Part shown: positions 1-10,475 of the stretch, one piece after another
Layout: every line of letters starts with the position of its first letter
How positions within the stretch are numbered: the stretch's first letter is position 1
NCBI GenBank assembly: GCA_963730505.1
Contig: CAVSSB010000031.1
Coordinates: forward strand, 26,120-90,119
DNA length: 64,000 nucleotides
Direction: 5' to 3'
From: an uncultured Actinomycetota bacterium
GTDB taxonomy: Bacteria; Actinomycetota; Actinomycetes; Propionibacteriales; Propionibacteriaceae
Notes under the pieces: model-generated
What the model saw: only the letters and a program-made list of their open reading frames with translations
What the model was told of the DNA's origin: nothing
Databases searched by the model: none
Position numbers and translations under genes: made by a program

Positions 1-106
1 GTTCCCGACGCCTACACAGACGATTATCGACAGATCCACACCACCGGGCCGGCGTCGTCGCCACGGCTTGGCGCCGCCCTCGCACCAGATGGGACGATGT
101 TTGGCA

Positions 107-571
107 ATGACCAGTGACCGGGACCGAGATTCCCAAGGACGTGCGCGGCAGGCGCGTCCTCGGGACAAGCTCGGCCGGCCGCTGCCCTACGGCAGTGCCG
201 GCGTCGAGCCGGTCTCAGAAGATCCGCTGCCGCCGAGCGAGACGATCAGCTACGCCCATGAGCTCCTGGACCAAGGCCGGCCGTTCTCCGCACACGAGGT
301 CTATGAGGCCCGCTGGAAGTCGGGTCCGGATGCCGAGCGCGATCTGTGGCAAGGGTTGGCCCAGCTTTGCGTCGGCATCACCCACGCCCAACGGGGCAAC
401 CGGACTGGCGCGCTGCGACTCATCGGCCGAGCACGCGGGCGCTTGGAGCGCTACGTGCAGACCGGCCAGCCAACCTATGGCCTGCCACTGGCAGACATCA
501 TTGGCTGGATCCGAAAGCGGGAAAGCATGGCCGGCGATGCAGGCTCCTGGTTGGATGATCAACCCCTTTGA
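107..571 (+). CDS. DUF309 family protein
   Basis: Motifs F.AHEVYEARWK, LWQGLAQLCVGITHAQRGN; ATG at 107 preferred over TTG 68. Confidence 0.8.
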   Translation: MTSDRDRDSQGRARQARPRDKLGRPLPYGSAGVEPVSEDPLPPSETISYAHELLDQGRPFSAHEVYEARWKSGPDAERDLWQGLAQLCVGITHAQRGNRTGALRLIGRARGRLERYVQTGQPTYGLPLADIIGWIRKRESMAGDAGSWLDDQPL

Positions 572-745
572 GGCCGCTCAGTAATTCCCGCAAAACCTCA
601 CTCCAGCTGGAGCCGTGGCTCTCGAGTCACGCGTGAACCGCGCCACGCAGGGGCGGCTGGAGTGAAGTTTCCAGGGTGACCGGTGCCTGGCAGCTCACGG
701 CTAGCCGCCCAGCCGCCATTGTTACTGGTGAGTAATAATTCAGGT

Positions 746-1948
746 ATGCCTCGCGAACTTCGGGATGTCGTCTTTGTCGACGGTGTGCGAACCCCCTTCG
801 GCAAGGCCGGCTCGATCTACGCCGAGACCAGGGCCGACGACCTCGTCGTCCATTGCATTCGAGAGCTGCTACGGCGGCATCCGGAGCTGCCACCGGATCG
901 CATCGACGATGTCGCTATCGCCGCCACTACGCAGACGGGCGACCAAGGCCTGACCATTGGGCGTACGGCGGCCTTGCTGGCTGGGATTCCGCGCTCGGTG
1001 CCAGGGTTCGCGATCGATCGGATGTGCGCGGGCGCGATGACCGCGGTCACCACGACAGCCTCAGGCATCGCGTTTGGCGCCTACGACGTCGCCATTGCCG
1101 GCGGCGTCGAGCATATGGGGCACCATCCCATGGGCCAAGGCATCGACCCAAATCCCAGAATCGTCGCGGAGAAGCTCGTCGACCAGTCAGCGTTGATCAT
1201 GGGATCAACGGCGGAGAACCTTCATGATCGCTTTCCTGATATCACCAAGGAACGAGCGGATGCCTTCGCGGCGCTGAGCCAGCAGCGAGTACAGCGTGCC
1301 TACGAACAAGGCGTGATCCAGGAGTCACTGGTCAATGTCGCGACCCGGAGTTCCGATCTTGGTTGGGGGCTGGCAGTCGCTGACGAGCAACCCCGACCGG
1401 GCACGACTGTCGAAGCGTTGGCGACACTGAGGACCCCGTTCCGGCCGCATGGGCGCGTTACGGCAGGCAACGCAGCAGGGCTGAATGATGGGGCCACGGC
1501 GTGCCTGCTGGCGGCCGAAGATGTGGCAGCCGAGCTCGGTCTGCCAGTGGCGATGAGGCTCGTCTCCTTTGCCTTTGCCGGCGTGGATCCCGAGCTCATG
1601 GGAGTCGGACCGATTCCGGCGACGGAGAAGGCGCTGGCGAAAGCCGGGCTGTCGATCGATGACATCGGCGCGTTTGAGATCAACGAGGCATTCGCCGTTC
1701 AGGTGCTTGCCTTCTGTGATCATTTCGAGTTAGCCGCAGACGACCCGCGGCTCAACCCGTACGGCGGTGCCATCGCCCTCGGTCATCCACTCGCTAGCTC
1801 CGGCGTTCGCCTCATGATTCACCTGGCACGCGCGTTCCGCGAGCATCCCGAAGTCCGCTATGGGCTCACCACGCTCTGCATCGGTCTCGGTATGGGCGGC
1901 ACAGTGGTCTGGGAGAACCCTCTGTCTTCCTCGGAGGATGCACAGTGA
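746..1948 (+). CDS. fadA: Thiolase (acetyl-CoA C-acyltransferase)
   Basis: VRTPFGK N-terminus, catalytic RMCAGA, NEAFA, GHPLASSG, LCIGLGMG motifs. Confidence 0.93.
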   Translation: MPRELRDVVFVDGVRTPFGKAGSIYAETRADDLVVHCIRELLRRHPELPPDRIDDVAIAATTQTGDQGLTIGRTAALLAGIPRSVPGFAIDRMCAGAMTAVTTTASGIAFGAYDVAIAGGVEHMGHHPMGQGIDPNPRIVAEKLVDQSALIMGSTAENLHDRFPDITKERADAFAALSQQRVQRAYEQGVIQESLVNVATRSSDLGWGLAVADEQPRPGTTVEALATLRTPFRPHGRVTAGNAAGLNDGATACLLAAEDVAAELGLPVAMRLVSFAFAGVDPELMGVGPIPATEKALAKAGLSIDDIGAFEINEAFAVQVLAFCDHFELAADDPRLNPYGGAIALGHPLASSGVRLMIHLARAFREHPEVRYGLTTLCIGLGMGGTVVWENPLSSSEDAQ

Positions 1949-4092
1949 GGGCCGACGAACTCGAACGGCTGATCGCCGAGGCCTCGGCAAGCAGCGAGGG
2001 CGAGGTTGTTACCCGGGCGCTGAGCCGAGACATCCAGCTGCCACATACAGCCGGGACTGCGGTGTTGATCACTTTGGACAACGGGCGTGATCACACTCGG
2101 CCCAACACCTTGGGGGCGCAGGGTCTAGCCCAACTGAACCGGGCTCTCGACACTGCGCTCGCCCGCGACGACCTGGTAGCGATCGCGCTCACCGGAAAGC
2201 CGTTCATCCTGGCGGCAGGCGCCGACCTTTCCGCGTTTGCCAAGATCGTCAACCGCGACCAGGCCCTGGCAATCGCGCGGATCGGCCATGCCGTGTTCGA
2301 CAAGCTGCGCACATCTCAGGTGCCGACCTTCGCCTTCATCAACGGAGTCGCGCTCGGTGGTGGCCTGGAGCTCACCCTGCACTGCCACTACCGAAGCGTC
2401 TCGTCCGCCGCCTCAGGGATCGCCCTACCCGAATGCTTCTTGGGGCTATTCCCGGGTTGGGGCGGCGCGTTCCTGATCCCTAACCTGATCGGTGCCGACC
2501 GGGCGATGCAGTTGATCATCGAGAACCCACTCAACCAGAACAAGATGCTCAATGGCCGGCAGGCCTACGAGTTGGGCCTGGCCGACGCGATCTTCGACGG
2601 TGCCGACTACCTGGCTCGCTCGTTGGATTGGGCGGGTCAGGTCGTCGCCGGATCGCTGATCGTGACACGGCCGGAGGTCGACCGCGGAGAGCCCTGGAAC
2701 GAGGCGGTGGCGCGGGCCCGCAATTTCGTGGACGGCAAGGTCTACGGCGCCTCGCCGGGACCCTACCGGGCGTTGGAGCTGATGGCGGCAGCACGGACTT
2801 CGGACCGTGTCGAGGCATACGCTGCCGAGGACGAAGCGCTGGCCGATCTGATCATGGCCCCCGAACTGCGAGCCAGCCTGTACGCGTTCGATCTTGTCCA
2901 AAAGCGCGCCCGAAGGCCCGCAGGCGCCCCTGAGTCCAGCCTGGCGCGGCCCGTGACCAAGGTCGGCATTGTCGGCGCAGGTCTCATGGCCAGCCAGCTC
3001 GCCTTGCTGTTTCTGCGTCGGCTGCAGGTGCCGGTGGTGATCACCGATCTTGATCAGGAGCGGGTTGACAAGGGATTGGGCTACGTTACGGCGGAGATCG
3101 ACAAGCTCCTCGGCAAACGCCGGATCTCCCCCGATGAAGCGAACCGCATCCAGGCATTGATCTCCGGCACAACCGAGTTGGTCGACTTCGCCGACTGCGA
3201 CTTCGTCATCGAGGCGGTTTTCGAGGAGATGTCGATCAAGAAGCAGGTCTTCGCCGATCTTGAAAAACATGTCGCCGCCAGTTGCGTACTCGCCAGCAAC
3301 ACCTCCTCGCTGTCCATTGCGCAGATGGCAGCAGATCTTGATCATCCCGAGCGGGTGGTCGGCTTCCACTTCTTCAACCCGGTGGCGGTGCTTCCCCTGG
3401 TGGAGATCGTTCGTGGACCGGCAACTGACGACGAGACGCTGGCCACCGCATTCCAGGTCGCCAAGACGCTGAAGAAGAACGCGGTGCTGGTCAAGGATGC
3501 CGCTGGCTTCGTGGTGAATCGGGTGCTGCTCAGACTGATGGCGGAGATCTTCGCGGCGGTTGATGAGGGCACCCCCGTTGAGGTAGCCGATGCCGCGCTG
3601 CGACCGCTCGGCTTACCCATGCCGCCGTACGTGCTGCTGCAGCTGGTCGGCCCAGCCGTCGCCCTACACGTGCTGGAGAACCTGCGTGCGGCGTTCGGAG
3701 ATCGCTTCCGGGTTTCGCCGAATCTCCAGGCGCTGGTGGCTGCCGGAAGGTCTGGCATCTACGACTGGACTCCTGATGGCGAACCGTACGTCAGTGAGGA
3801 AACGGCGAAGCTGCTGTCGGTGGGAAACCGGCCAAGCACCGCGGAACAGCTACGGGAGCGGGCCCTGAATGCCCTGGCGGAGGAGATCGGTCTCATGCTG
3901 GCAGAAGACGTGGTCGCCGCGCCGATGGATGTTGATCTCTGCTTGATCCTGGGCGCCGGCTGGCCATTCCACCTTGGTGGCATTACGCCGTATCTGGACC
4001 GGGAGTGCGTTTCAGAAAGGGTGCTTGGCAGCCGCTTCCTGCCTGCCGGAGTCGCTTCAGTTCCCCCCAACGCAGACTCAACTGGGTTCTGA
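1945..4092 (+). CDS. fadB: Multifunctional enoyl-CoA hydratase / 3-hydroxyacyl-CoA dehydrogenase
   Basis: Crotonase ALGGGLE and PGWGG motifs; Rossmann GAGLMA; SNTSSL, GFHFFNP; 4-nt overlap with thiolase. Confidence 0.92.
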   Translation: MRADELERLIAEASASSEGEVVTRALSRDIQLPHTAGTAVLITLDNGRDHTRPNTLGAQGLAQLNRALDTALARDDLVAIALTGKPFILAAGADLSAFAKIVNRDQALAIARIGHAVFDKLRTSQVPTFAFINGVALGGGLELTLHCHYRSVSSAASGIALPECFLGLFPGWGGAFLIPNLIGADRAMQLIIENPLNQNKMLNGRQAYELGLADAIFDGADYLARSLDWAGQVVAGSLIVTRPEVDRGEPWNEAVARARNFVDGKVYGASPGPYRALELMAAARTSDRVEAYAAEDEALADLIMAPELRASLYAFDLVQKRARRPAGAPESSLARPVTKVGIVGAGLMASQLALLFLRRLQVPVVITDLDQERVDKGLGYVTAEIDKLLGKRRISPDEANRIQALISGTTELVDFADCDFVIEAVFEEMSIKKQVFADLEKHVAASCVLASNTSSLSIAQMAADLDHPERVVGFHFFNPVAVLPLVEIVRGPATDDETLATAFQVAKTLKKNAVLVKDAAGFVVNRVLLRLMAEIFAAVDEGTPVEVADAALRPLGLPMPPYVLLQLVGPAVALHVLENLRAAFGDRFRVSPNLQALVAAGRSGIYDWTPDGEPYVSEETAKLLSVGNRPSTAEQLRERALNALAEEIGLMLAEDVVAAPMDVDLCLILGAGWPFHLGGITPYLDRECVSERVLGSRFLPAGVASVPPNADSTGF

Positions 4093-6012
4093 CAGGCCCG
4101 CGCGAGAGGGTTGCTCAAGAGGCTCGTCTGTTCGCACGATGGCCTCAACCGCGTACCGGGCAATGTTCTGTGGTGTCAGCCCAATCTCCTGCAGTAGCTC
4201 GGCACGGCCACCATGGGGCAGGAACTCTTGTGGAATCCCAAACTCCCGGACTGGAGTGTCCACGCCCGCAGAGCGCAGCTCTTGCGCCAGCCGCGAGCCG
4301 TAACCACCGACCACACCGTTGTCCTCGATCGTGATGACGAGATCATGATCGCGAGCGAGATCGGCGAGCGCCGGACTGACCGGCAGCGCCCAGACCGGGT
4401 CAAGGACCGTCACGCCGATCCCCTGGTCGGATAGCCGCTCCCCCACCGCGACGGCTGTCTTGGCGAGCTGACCCAAAGCGACAACGAGCACCCGCGGCTG
4501 CTCGGTCCTGAGCAGGATGTCCATGCCGTCGAGCTGGTCGACAGCAGGAAGATCCGGAGGCACCAGATCCTTTGGGAAGCGGAGCACGCTTGGGGCGTCA
4601 TCGATCGCCAATGATCGAGCCAACGCCTCGCGGAAGCGCACACCGTCACGCGGCGCCGCCAGCTCAAGCCCCGGTACCACCTGCAAGATCGACATGTCCC
4701 ACATACCGTGATGACTGGCGCCATCGGGTCCGGTAATGCCAGCCCTGTCGAGCACGAAGGTGACACCACAACGGTGCATGGCGACATCCAGGAGCACCTG
4801 ATCAAAGGCGCGGTTGAGGAAGGTGGAATACACCGCGACCACCGGATGCAACCCACCCATGGCAAGGCCAGCCGCCGACGTCACAGCGTGCTGCTCGGCG
4901 ATGCCGACGTCGAAGCAACGATCGGGGAACGCCTGCGCAAACCGGTGTAACCCCGTCGGGTACACCATCGCAGCTGTAATGGCAACGATCCGTTCGTTGT
5001 TGCTCCCGAGCCGGAGGAGCTCCTCGGAGAAGAGCTCGGTCCACGTCTGCCCGGAGCTAGCGCCGATCGCCTCGCCGGTGGTGGCGTTGATCTTGCCCAC
5101 GGCGTGAAAGTGGTCCTCGACGTGGTCCTCGGCGGCCTTGAAACCGTTGCCCTTGCGGGTAAGGCAGTGCACCAGGACGGGACCGCGGAACTGCTTGGCC
5201 TGCTGAAGCGCACGCTCGACCTCGGCAATGTCATGACCATCGATTGGGCCGACGTACTTCAGGCCAAGGTCGGAGAACAGCCCCTGCGGTGCAAGGACGT
5301 CCTTCAACCCGATCTTGATGCCATGCAAGATGTCGTACGCGACGTTGCCGACCAGCGGCGCCCGGCTGACGCTACGCTTTACCAGCTCGAGAATCTGCTC
5401 GTAACGGGGGTTGGTGCGTAGCCCGGTCAGGTGCCGCGCCAGGCCCCCAACTGTCGGGGTGTATGACCGGCCATTGTCGTTCACCACGATCACGAGCGGC
5501 AGGTCTTCAGAGGCAGCGATATTGTTCAGGGCTTCCCAAGCCATCCCGCCGGTGAGAGAACCGTCACCGACAAATGCGACGACAGTGCCGGGCTTGCGCT
5601 GTAGCCGAATGGCCTTGGCCATGCCGTCGGCGTAGGAGAGCGCGGTTGATGCGTGGGAGTTCGCCACCCAGTCGTGCTCCGACTCATCCTGGCTGGGATA
5701 GCCAGATAGCCCGTGACGCTGCCGCAGGCTGCCGAATTGATCTTGGCGGCCTGTCAGGATCTTGTGCACGTAGCTCTGGTGCCCCGTGTCAAAGATGATC
5801 GGATCTTGTGGTGAGTCGAAGACCCGATGCACCGCCAGCGTCAGCTCGATGACTCCGAGGTTAGGTCCGAGGTGGCCACCCGTCTGGCACACGTTTTCGA
5901 TCAGGAACGACCGGATTTCTCCGCTCAGCTCCTCCAGCTGATCTGGCGTCAGGTCCCGCAGTTCTTGTGGGCTAGTGATTGAGCTCAACAGTCCGTGCGG
6001 GGCGGCTGACAT
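4078..6012 (-). CDS. dxs: 1-deoxy-D-xylulose-5-phosphate synthase
   Basis: [42 protein letters not shown] motifs. Confidence 0.97.
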   Translation of the reverse strand: MSAAPHGLLSSITSPQELRDLTPDQLEELSGEIRSFLIENVCQTGGHLGPNLGVIELTLAVHRVFDSPQDPIIFDTGHQSYVHKILTGRQDQFGSLRQRHGLSGYPSQDESEHDWVANSHASTALSYADGMAKAIRLQRKPGTVVAFVGDGSLTGGMAWEALNNIAASEDLPLVIVVNDNGRSYTPTVGGLARHLTGLRTNPRYEQILELVKRSVSRAPLVGNVAYDILHGIKIGLKDVLAPQGLFSDLGLKYVGPIDGHDIAEVERALQQAKQFRGPVLVHCLTRKGNGFKAAEDHVEDHFHAVGKINATTGEAIGASSGQTWTELFSEELLRLGSNNERIVAITAAMVYPTGLHRFAQAFPDRCFDVGIAEQHAVTSAAGLAMGGLHPVVAVYSTFLNRAFDQVLLDVAMHRCGVTFVLDRAGITGPDGASHHGMWDMSILQVVPGLELAAPRDGVRFREALARSLAIDDAPSVLRFPKDLVPPDLPAVDQLDGMDILLRTEQPRVLVVALGQLAKTAVAVGERLSDQGIGVTVLDPVWALPVSPALADLARDHDLVITIEDNGVVGGYGSRLAQELRSAGVDTPVREFGIPQEFLPHGGRAELLQEIGLTPQNIARYAVEAIVRTDEPLEQPSRAGLSEPS

Positions 6013-6086
6013 GGGCCTGAGTTTACGTGTTCAGCTGCCCCCGATCAGCGAAGTGTGGCCTAACGCACGTCACCCACTCAGCCAGC

Positions 6087-6461
6087 TCACAGCTTGCGAA
6101 CAAAAACCCTCCCGCGCAGAGCCTCCTGCACCAGCGCTACAGCCCGACGAGTGCGGGCGAGTCGAGCACCTTGCTCGAGCCAAGCCTCGGTTGCGGCCTC
6201 CACGACATCTGGCTCGACGTATTCGCTCAGGCTGGTGCGAACCGCAGCCAGGCCGCGTTGGGACGCTTCGTCGGAGGCGTTCACGAAGTGGGTGGCGAAC
6301 TCCGCCAGCACAATGGGGTGGTTGCGTAGCACGCGGTAGGCGCGGAAGTCAGGCGGGCAGCAATCGAGCAGATAGGCGATCGCTGTGGCTTCCCACCCAG
6401 ATGCTCCCGGCGGGCGCACTTGGTTAGGCCAGCCAGGCGGCACGTACGCCGAAATGCTCAT
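6087..6461 (-). CDS. Conserved actinobacterial hypothetical protein
   Basis: 124-aa ORF filling the gap, PPGWP...WE..A..YLLD.CP pattern. Confidence 0.65.
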   Translation of the reverse strand: MSISAYVPPGWPNQVRPPGASGWEATAIAYLLDCCPPDFRAYRVLRNHPIVLAEFATHFVNASDEASQRGLAAVRTSLSEYVEPDVVEAATEAWLEQGARLARTRRAVALVQEALRGRVFVRKL

Positions 6462-6469
6462 GCCGCAGT

Positions 6470-7042
6470 CTATTCGAACTCCCGTTCGATGACCACCTCA
6501 GTCGGGTGTTGCTTGCGTGTTCCGATCGGAAAGACAATCGGGCTCAGCAGGTGCAGCCTGCGCCCCGGTGCGGGCTGGTTGTCCATCCTGGACAGCAGGA
6601 TGCTGCGTATCTGGTTGATCAGCTCGGCAAGTTCTTCTTGACTAAGCCACAGCGGGATCTGCCGGTATCCGACCTTGTCCTCGGTCGGGTCGGCTTGCGC
6701 CTGGTCGAGGTAGCTGTTGAACTCCGCGACGAGGGCAGCCATAGCGGCAGCGAATCCGTGGCGATGCTCATCAAGGCTCATCGACGCAGCCTCATCCGGG
6801 TCTATGACGGCGCGCGGTCGGTGCAGCCGGTAACGGCGTTCCACGGCACCATGCACTCGCTGTTCGCTGACGACTTCCAGTACTCCGGCCTCAGCCAGCA
6901 GGCTCACATGCCGGTACACCGTGGCCTTCGAGACATCTGGCAATCGAGCGAGCAGGTCCGAAGTCGTACGCGTCAGTCCGCCGGACATGGCGTGCACGAT
7001 GCGCACGCGCACCGGGTGCAGGAGCAGTTCCAGCGTGTCCAC
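6470..7042 (-). CDS. Winged-HTH (ArsR-like) transcriptional regulator
   Basis: LLHPVRVRIV...LPDVSKATVYRHVSLL...ERRYRL; divergent from hydrolase. Confidence 0.85.
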   Translation of the reverse strand: MDTLELLLHPVRVRIVHAMSGGLTRTTSDLLARLPDVSKATVYRHVSLLAEAGVLEVVSEQRVHGAVERRYRLHRPRAVIDPDEAASMSLDEHRHGFAAAMAALVAEFNSYLDQAQADPTEDKVGYRQIPLWLSQEELAELINQIRSILLSRMDNQPAPGRRLHLLSPIVFPIGTRKQHPTEVVIEREFE

Positions 7043-7070
7043 CGTGCTACAATCTCACATTCGATACCAG

Positions 7071-7084
7071 TCTCAAACTTGAGA
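7071..7084. promoter_or_regulatory. Candidate operator for the divergent regulator/hydrolase pair
   Basis: Inverted repeat TCTCAA-AC-TTGAGA in the 62-bp divergent intergenic region; degenerate copy at about 7053-7066. Confidence 0.55.
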
Positions 7085-7104
7085 ATAGACGCAATGGAGT
7101 CATC

Positions 7105-8049
7105 ATGCAGGCTGAATCGCACGAACACCGCTCCGCCACCACCACTGACCCGGCGCCGCTCTTGGGACGCTTCTATGAGGTGGCGGGCCGGCAATTGCTG
7201 CTGCATCAGTCGGGTAGCGGGAGCCCGGCAGTCGTTTTCCTGGCCGGCGGTGGTGCAGTCGGCCTCGACTACCTCAACGTGCAGCGGCGAGCCGCTGAAC
7301 TTGCCACCAGCGTGATCTATGACCGGGCGGGTACTGGGTGGAGCGAGCGCGTCGACCTCCCCCGCACGTCAGCCGAGGTGATCGATGAACTACGAGCGCT
7401 GCTGACTGTCGCTGGCGTGCCCGCTCCCTACGTACTGGTTGGTCATTCGCTGGGAGGCCTCTACGCACGTCATTACGCGCAGCGGTACCCGGGCGAGGTT
7501 TCCGGCCTGGTGCTGCTCGACCCTGCACATGAGGACTACAACGCCCACATGCCCCAGGACCTGGTCGACCAGTGGGCGGCTTGGGACGCCGATGAAGTGT
7601 TGCCCGACGAGCTGCCCGAGGAGCTCATCCAGTTCTACCGCGCCTTGTTCGAGCAGGAGATGGCGGACTGGCCTGCAGACATCCGCGACCTTCTCATCAA
7701 ACGCCACGTCAGTGCGGACTGGTTACGCGCCAGTCTCCAGGAGGCCAAGAACATCGACCAGCTCTACGACGAAGTCCGCAGCGCCGGACCGATGCCAGAT
7801 CTACCGCTGATCATCCTTACTTCGACGGACATCGACACATTCAAAGCAGCGGTATCCCAGGGCATTCCTGATTCGTTATTACGCGAGGAGATCGAAGGCA
7901 AGGAACGCCTCTACACCGCGTGGGCCGGCTCCTTCCGGTATGGCGAGAACCGGCTCATCGAAGACGTCGGGCACGTAACCCTCCACTTCCGCCGTCCCGA
8001 TGCCGTGCTCCAAGCAATCCAGGACGTACTCAACAGACTCCACCGGTAA
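7105..8049 (+). CDS. Alpha/beta hydrolase
   Basis: YDRAGTGWS, nucleophile elbow GHSLGG, LVLLDP, C-terminal GH. Confidence 0.9.
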   Translation: MQAESHEHRSATTTDPAPLLGRFYEVAGRQLLLHQSGSGSPAVVFLAGGGAVGLDYLNVQRRAAELATSVIYDRAGTGWSERVDLPRTSAEVIDELRALLTVAGVPAPYVLVGHSLGGLYARHYAQRYPGEVSGLVLLDPAHEDYNAHMPQDLVDQWAAWDADEVLPDELPEELIQFYRALFEQEMADWPADIRDLLIKRHVSADWLRASLQEAKNIDQLYDEVRSAGPMPDLPLIILTSTDIDTFKAAVSQGIPDSLLREEIEGKERLYTAWAGSFRYGENRLIEDVGHVTLHFRRPDAVLQAIQDVLNRLHR

Positions 8050-8109
8050 TCGGGCGAAACGGGTCTCTGCACAGCGCCCTCGTGTGCGGCTCATCAGTAC
8101 TGTCTGTCC

Positions 8110-8409
8110 ATGATCGCGCGGATTTGGAGAGGCGTAGTGCGCCGTGAGGATGCTGGCGAATACGCGAATTACATCGACAGGACCGGCATGGCTGAGTACA
8201 GATCTACGCCGGGCAATCAAGGCGCCTGGATGCTACGTCGCGACGACGGCGATCGCTCCGAGATCATCACGTTCTCACTCTGGGATTCTCGGGACAGCAT
8301 CCGGGCGTTCGCTGGCGAGGACATCGAGCAGGCCGTTTTCTATCCAGAGGACGATCGCTTCCTCATCGAACGTGATCGGTCAGTACGTCACTACGAGGTT
8401 GTGGCTTAG
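8110..8409 (+). CDS. Antibiotic biosynthesis monooxygenase-like (dimeric alpha/beta barrel) protein
   Basis: MIARIWRG...TPGN.G...W.S...I..FAG.D...AV.YPED pattern. Confidence 0.75.
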   Translation: MIARIWRGVVRREDAGEYANYIDRTGMAEYRSTPGNQGAWMLRRDDGDRSEIITFSLWDSRDSIRAFAGEDIEQAVFYPEDDRFLIERDRSVRHYEVVA

Positions 8410-9061
8410 CGCGGTCCCTCACGTGAGCGGGGAGGGGTCCGTCATCCGCGATGGTCGGATCGGTTTCCGGCGGATCGAAGGCGGTAAAGACAGGAAGTAC
8501 GCCTGCCCAACGACCGCCCACTTCGATGTCGTCAGCCTCATCCTTGGGTGGTCCAGTCCGAACCTTGACGCTGGCCTCAGCCAGGCCTACTGCGATCACT
8601 GTCGTGGCGGCGACCTCTCGCTTGTCCGGCTGGCGAGCATAGGTCCATGAACCAGGTGCGAGGTGTTCGGCGACCGACTTGAGCGCGGAGAACTTCTCCT
8701 CTGGGTCGGTGACGCGACGGGCGATGCCGTGCACGACCGCGCTTCGGTAGTTCATCGAGTGGTGAAACACCGAGCGGGCGTACACGATCCCGTCGAGATG
8801 GGTGACCGTAAGGCAAACCGGTTCGCCGTCGATGCTCCGCAGATAGCCCGCTCCGGTAGAGCCATGTAAATAGACCGTGTCGTCAACGCGTGCGTATCCA
8901 GTTGGCAGCACCACCGGTGCGCCGTCACGCACCACTCCGAGATGGCAGATCAGGCCGGCGTCCAGCACCGCATCAAGGTCAGCCCGGTCGGTACGGGCCC
9001 GTTCGCGGAGACGCGTCAGAGTGCTGCGGGGAGTGCTGGACAGGCTCACAGTTCCCAGCAT
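8363..9061 (-). CDS. Pyridoxamine 5'-phosphate oxidase-like (NimA-type) flavoprotein
   Basis: LDAGLICHLG, YLHGSTG, HHSMNYRSAVVHG; start codon uncertain (9061 or 9049). Confidence 0.85.
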   Translation of the reverse strand: MLGTVSLSSTPRSTLTRLRERARTDRADLDAVLDAGLICHLGVVRDGAPVVLPTGYARVDDTVYLHGSTGAGYLRSIDGEPVCLTVTHLDGIVYARSVFHHSMNYRSAVVHGIARRVTDPEEKFSALKSVAEHLAPGSWTYARQPDKREVAATTVIAVGLAEASVKVRTGPPKDEADDIEVGGRWAGVLPVFTAFDPPETDPTIADDGPLPAHVRDRAKPQPRSDVLTDHVR

Positions 9062-9154
9062 GCAGCAGCCAGCGATGACGCCAGGCCCCAATTACCAGCA
9101 CCTGGCCAGCGACCACGATCAGTGCGGGTCCCGGATGGCACTAGTCTCGTGCCG

Positions 9155-9628
9155 GTGAGCGATGTGATCTGCCAGATCCTGAGCGACGAGCTGGACGCAG
9201 CAGTGGTGGCGCGTAATGAGCAGATGGTCGCTTTCCTTGATCACCGTCCGGTGTTCAAGGGCCATGTCCTGGTCGCCCCAACTCTTCACGTGGACACGTT
9301 GCTGGCTCTGCCCGGCGACCTCATGGTGCCACTGCTGACAATGACACAGCGGATTGCCGCCGCCCTCGTTGCGGCGCTGGGCGCTCAAGGCACCTTTGTG
9401 GCAGTCAACAATGTCGTCAGTCAGTCGATACCGCACCTGCACGTACACGTCGTGCCGAGAACCAAGGGCGACGGCCTGCGCGGCTTCTTCTGGCCGCGGA
9501 CCCACTACGCAGCCGGCGAGATCGAGAGGTACGCCAAGCAGATCTCAGAAGCGCTGCTGCCCGATCCCTCCCAGCACCCCGCCCATCTCACTGGGCTGGA
9601 AGGGCGCGACCCCGGTAGAGATAGCTGA
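9155..9628 (+). CDS. HIT family hydrolase
   Basis: FLDHRP..KGH.LV and histidine triad PHLHVHVVPR; GTG 9155 assumed start. Confidence 0.9.
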   Translation: MSDVICQILSDELDAAVVARNEQMVAFLDHRPVFKGHVLVAPTLHVDTLLALPGDLMVPLLTMTQRIAAALVAALGAQGTFVAVNNVVSQSIPHLHVHVVPRTKGDGLRGFFWPRTHYAAGEIERYAKQISEALLPDPSQHPAHLTGLEGRDPGRDS

Positions 9629-10205
9629 AGGGCCGCGGCCCGTCACCATAACCCGTCTCCAGCTCACGGATCAGCAACCCAGCGTGAGTGATCATTTCGT
9701 CGATCGGCCGGTCCAGCTGGCAGCCTCCGGCGATCCGGCTGTGAACCGGATGCAGCCGATGCTGCCAACGGCGTACGGACTCAGTCGGTGCCCGCCCGTG
9801 CTCGAGGAAGTGCAAAGCACCATCCGGCTTGAGCACCCGATGGATCTCCAGGAGCGCCGCATCCACGTCGGGAATGGTGCACAACGTGTAGGTGGAGAGG
9901 ACGCAATCCACCGATCCGTCCGGCAAGTCGAGCCGGGCACCGTCGATTCCCACCTGCCTCACAGTTGTGGAAATGCTGGACACCCGCGGCTCCGCAAGCC
10001 GCATCGCCGACGCCGACGGCTCGACGACCAGGATCTCGGTCACCTCGGCTGGATAGTGGCGAAGATTGAGTCCGCTACCGAATCCGATCTCGAGTACGCG
10101 ACCGTGCATGCCCTGACAGACCTTGGCGCGCCGTGCGTTCACCTCAGGCGTTCGCAGCACCCGGTCCACTACCCGCGGTAATACGTGGTCGCTCCACAGA
10201 CCCAC
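9588..10205 (-). CDS. Class I SAM-dependent methyltransferase
   Basis: VLEIGFGSG motif I, LPDGSVDCV, VLKPDG. Confidence 0.9.
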   Translation of the reverse strand: MGLWSDHVLPRVVDRVLRTPEVNARRAKVCQGMHGRVLEIGFGSGLNLRHYPAEVTEILVVEPSASAMRLAEPRVSSISTTVRQVGIDGARLDLPDGSVDCVLSTYTLCTIPDVDAALLEIHRVLKPDGALHFLEHGRAPTESVRRWQHRLHPVHSRIAGGCQLDRPIDEMITHAGLLIRELETGYGDGPRPFSYLYRGRALPAQ

Positions 10206-10424
10206 GGGTCAAGGTTAGTGTCGCGCTGGACGGCCGACGCATGCTTCGCCCGCCTGCTGAGCGTGGCCCGTCAGAGATTGAATGCGTCTTCCAGTAGCAC
10301 GCTGCTGTCGCGAGCACTCCAACTCCCATTGAGCAAACCTCGCAGGATTCACCACGACACCATGACGAATCGGCCCGCCCGCCAGGTTTCCTAGGCAGGC
10401 CGGGCAGGCTGACGGGTTTGCACT

Positions 10425-10458
10425 CTGAGCCTGTCGAAGGGCGCTTCGACGGGCTCAG
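10425..10458. repeat. REP-like palindrome, possible terminator of acnA
   Basis: CTGAGCCTGTCGAAG-GGCG-CTTCGACGGGCTCAG hairpin; the 5' arm recurs exactly at 39553-39567. Confidence 0.7.
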
Positions 10459-10475
10459 CGCGCAGCCTTCGATGC

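Noticed and set aside
1-106. Possible 3' end of an upstream gene
   Set aside because: Too short to assign a frame or product
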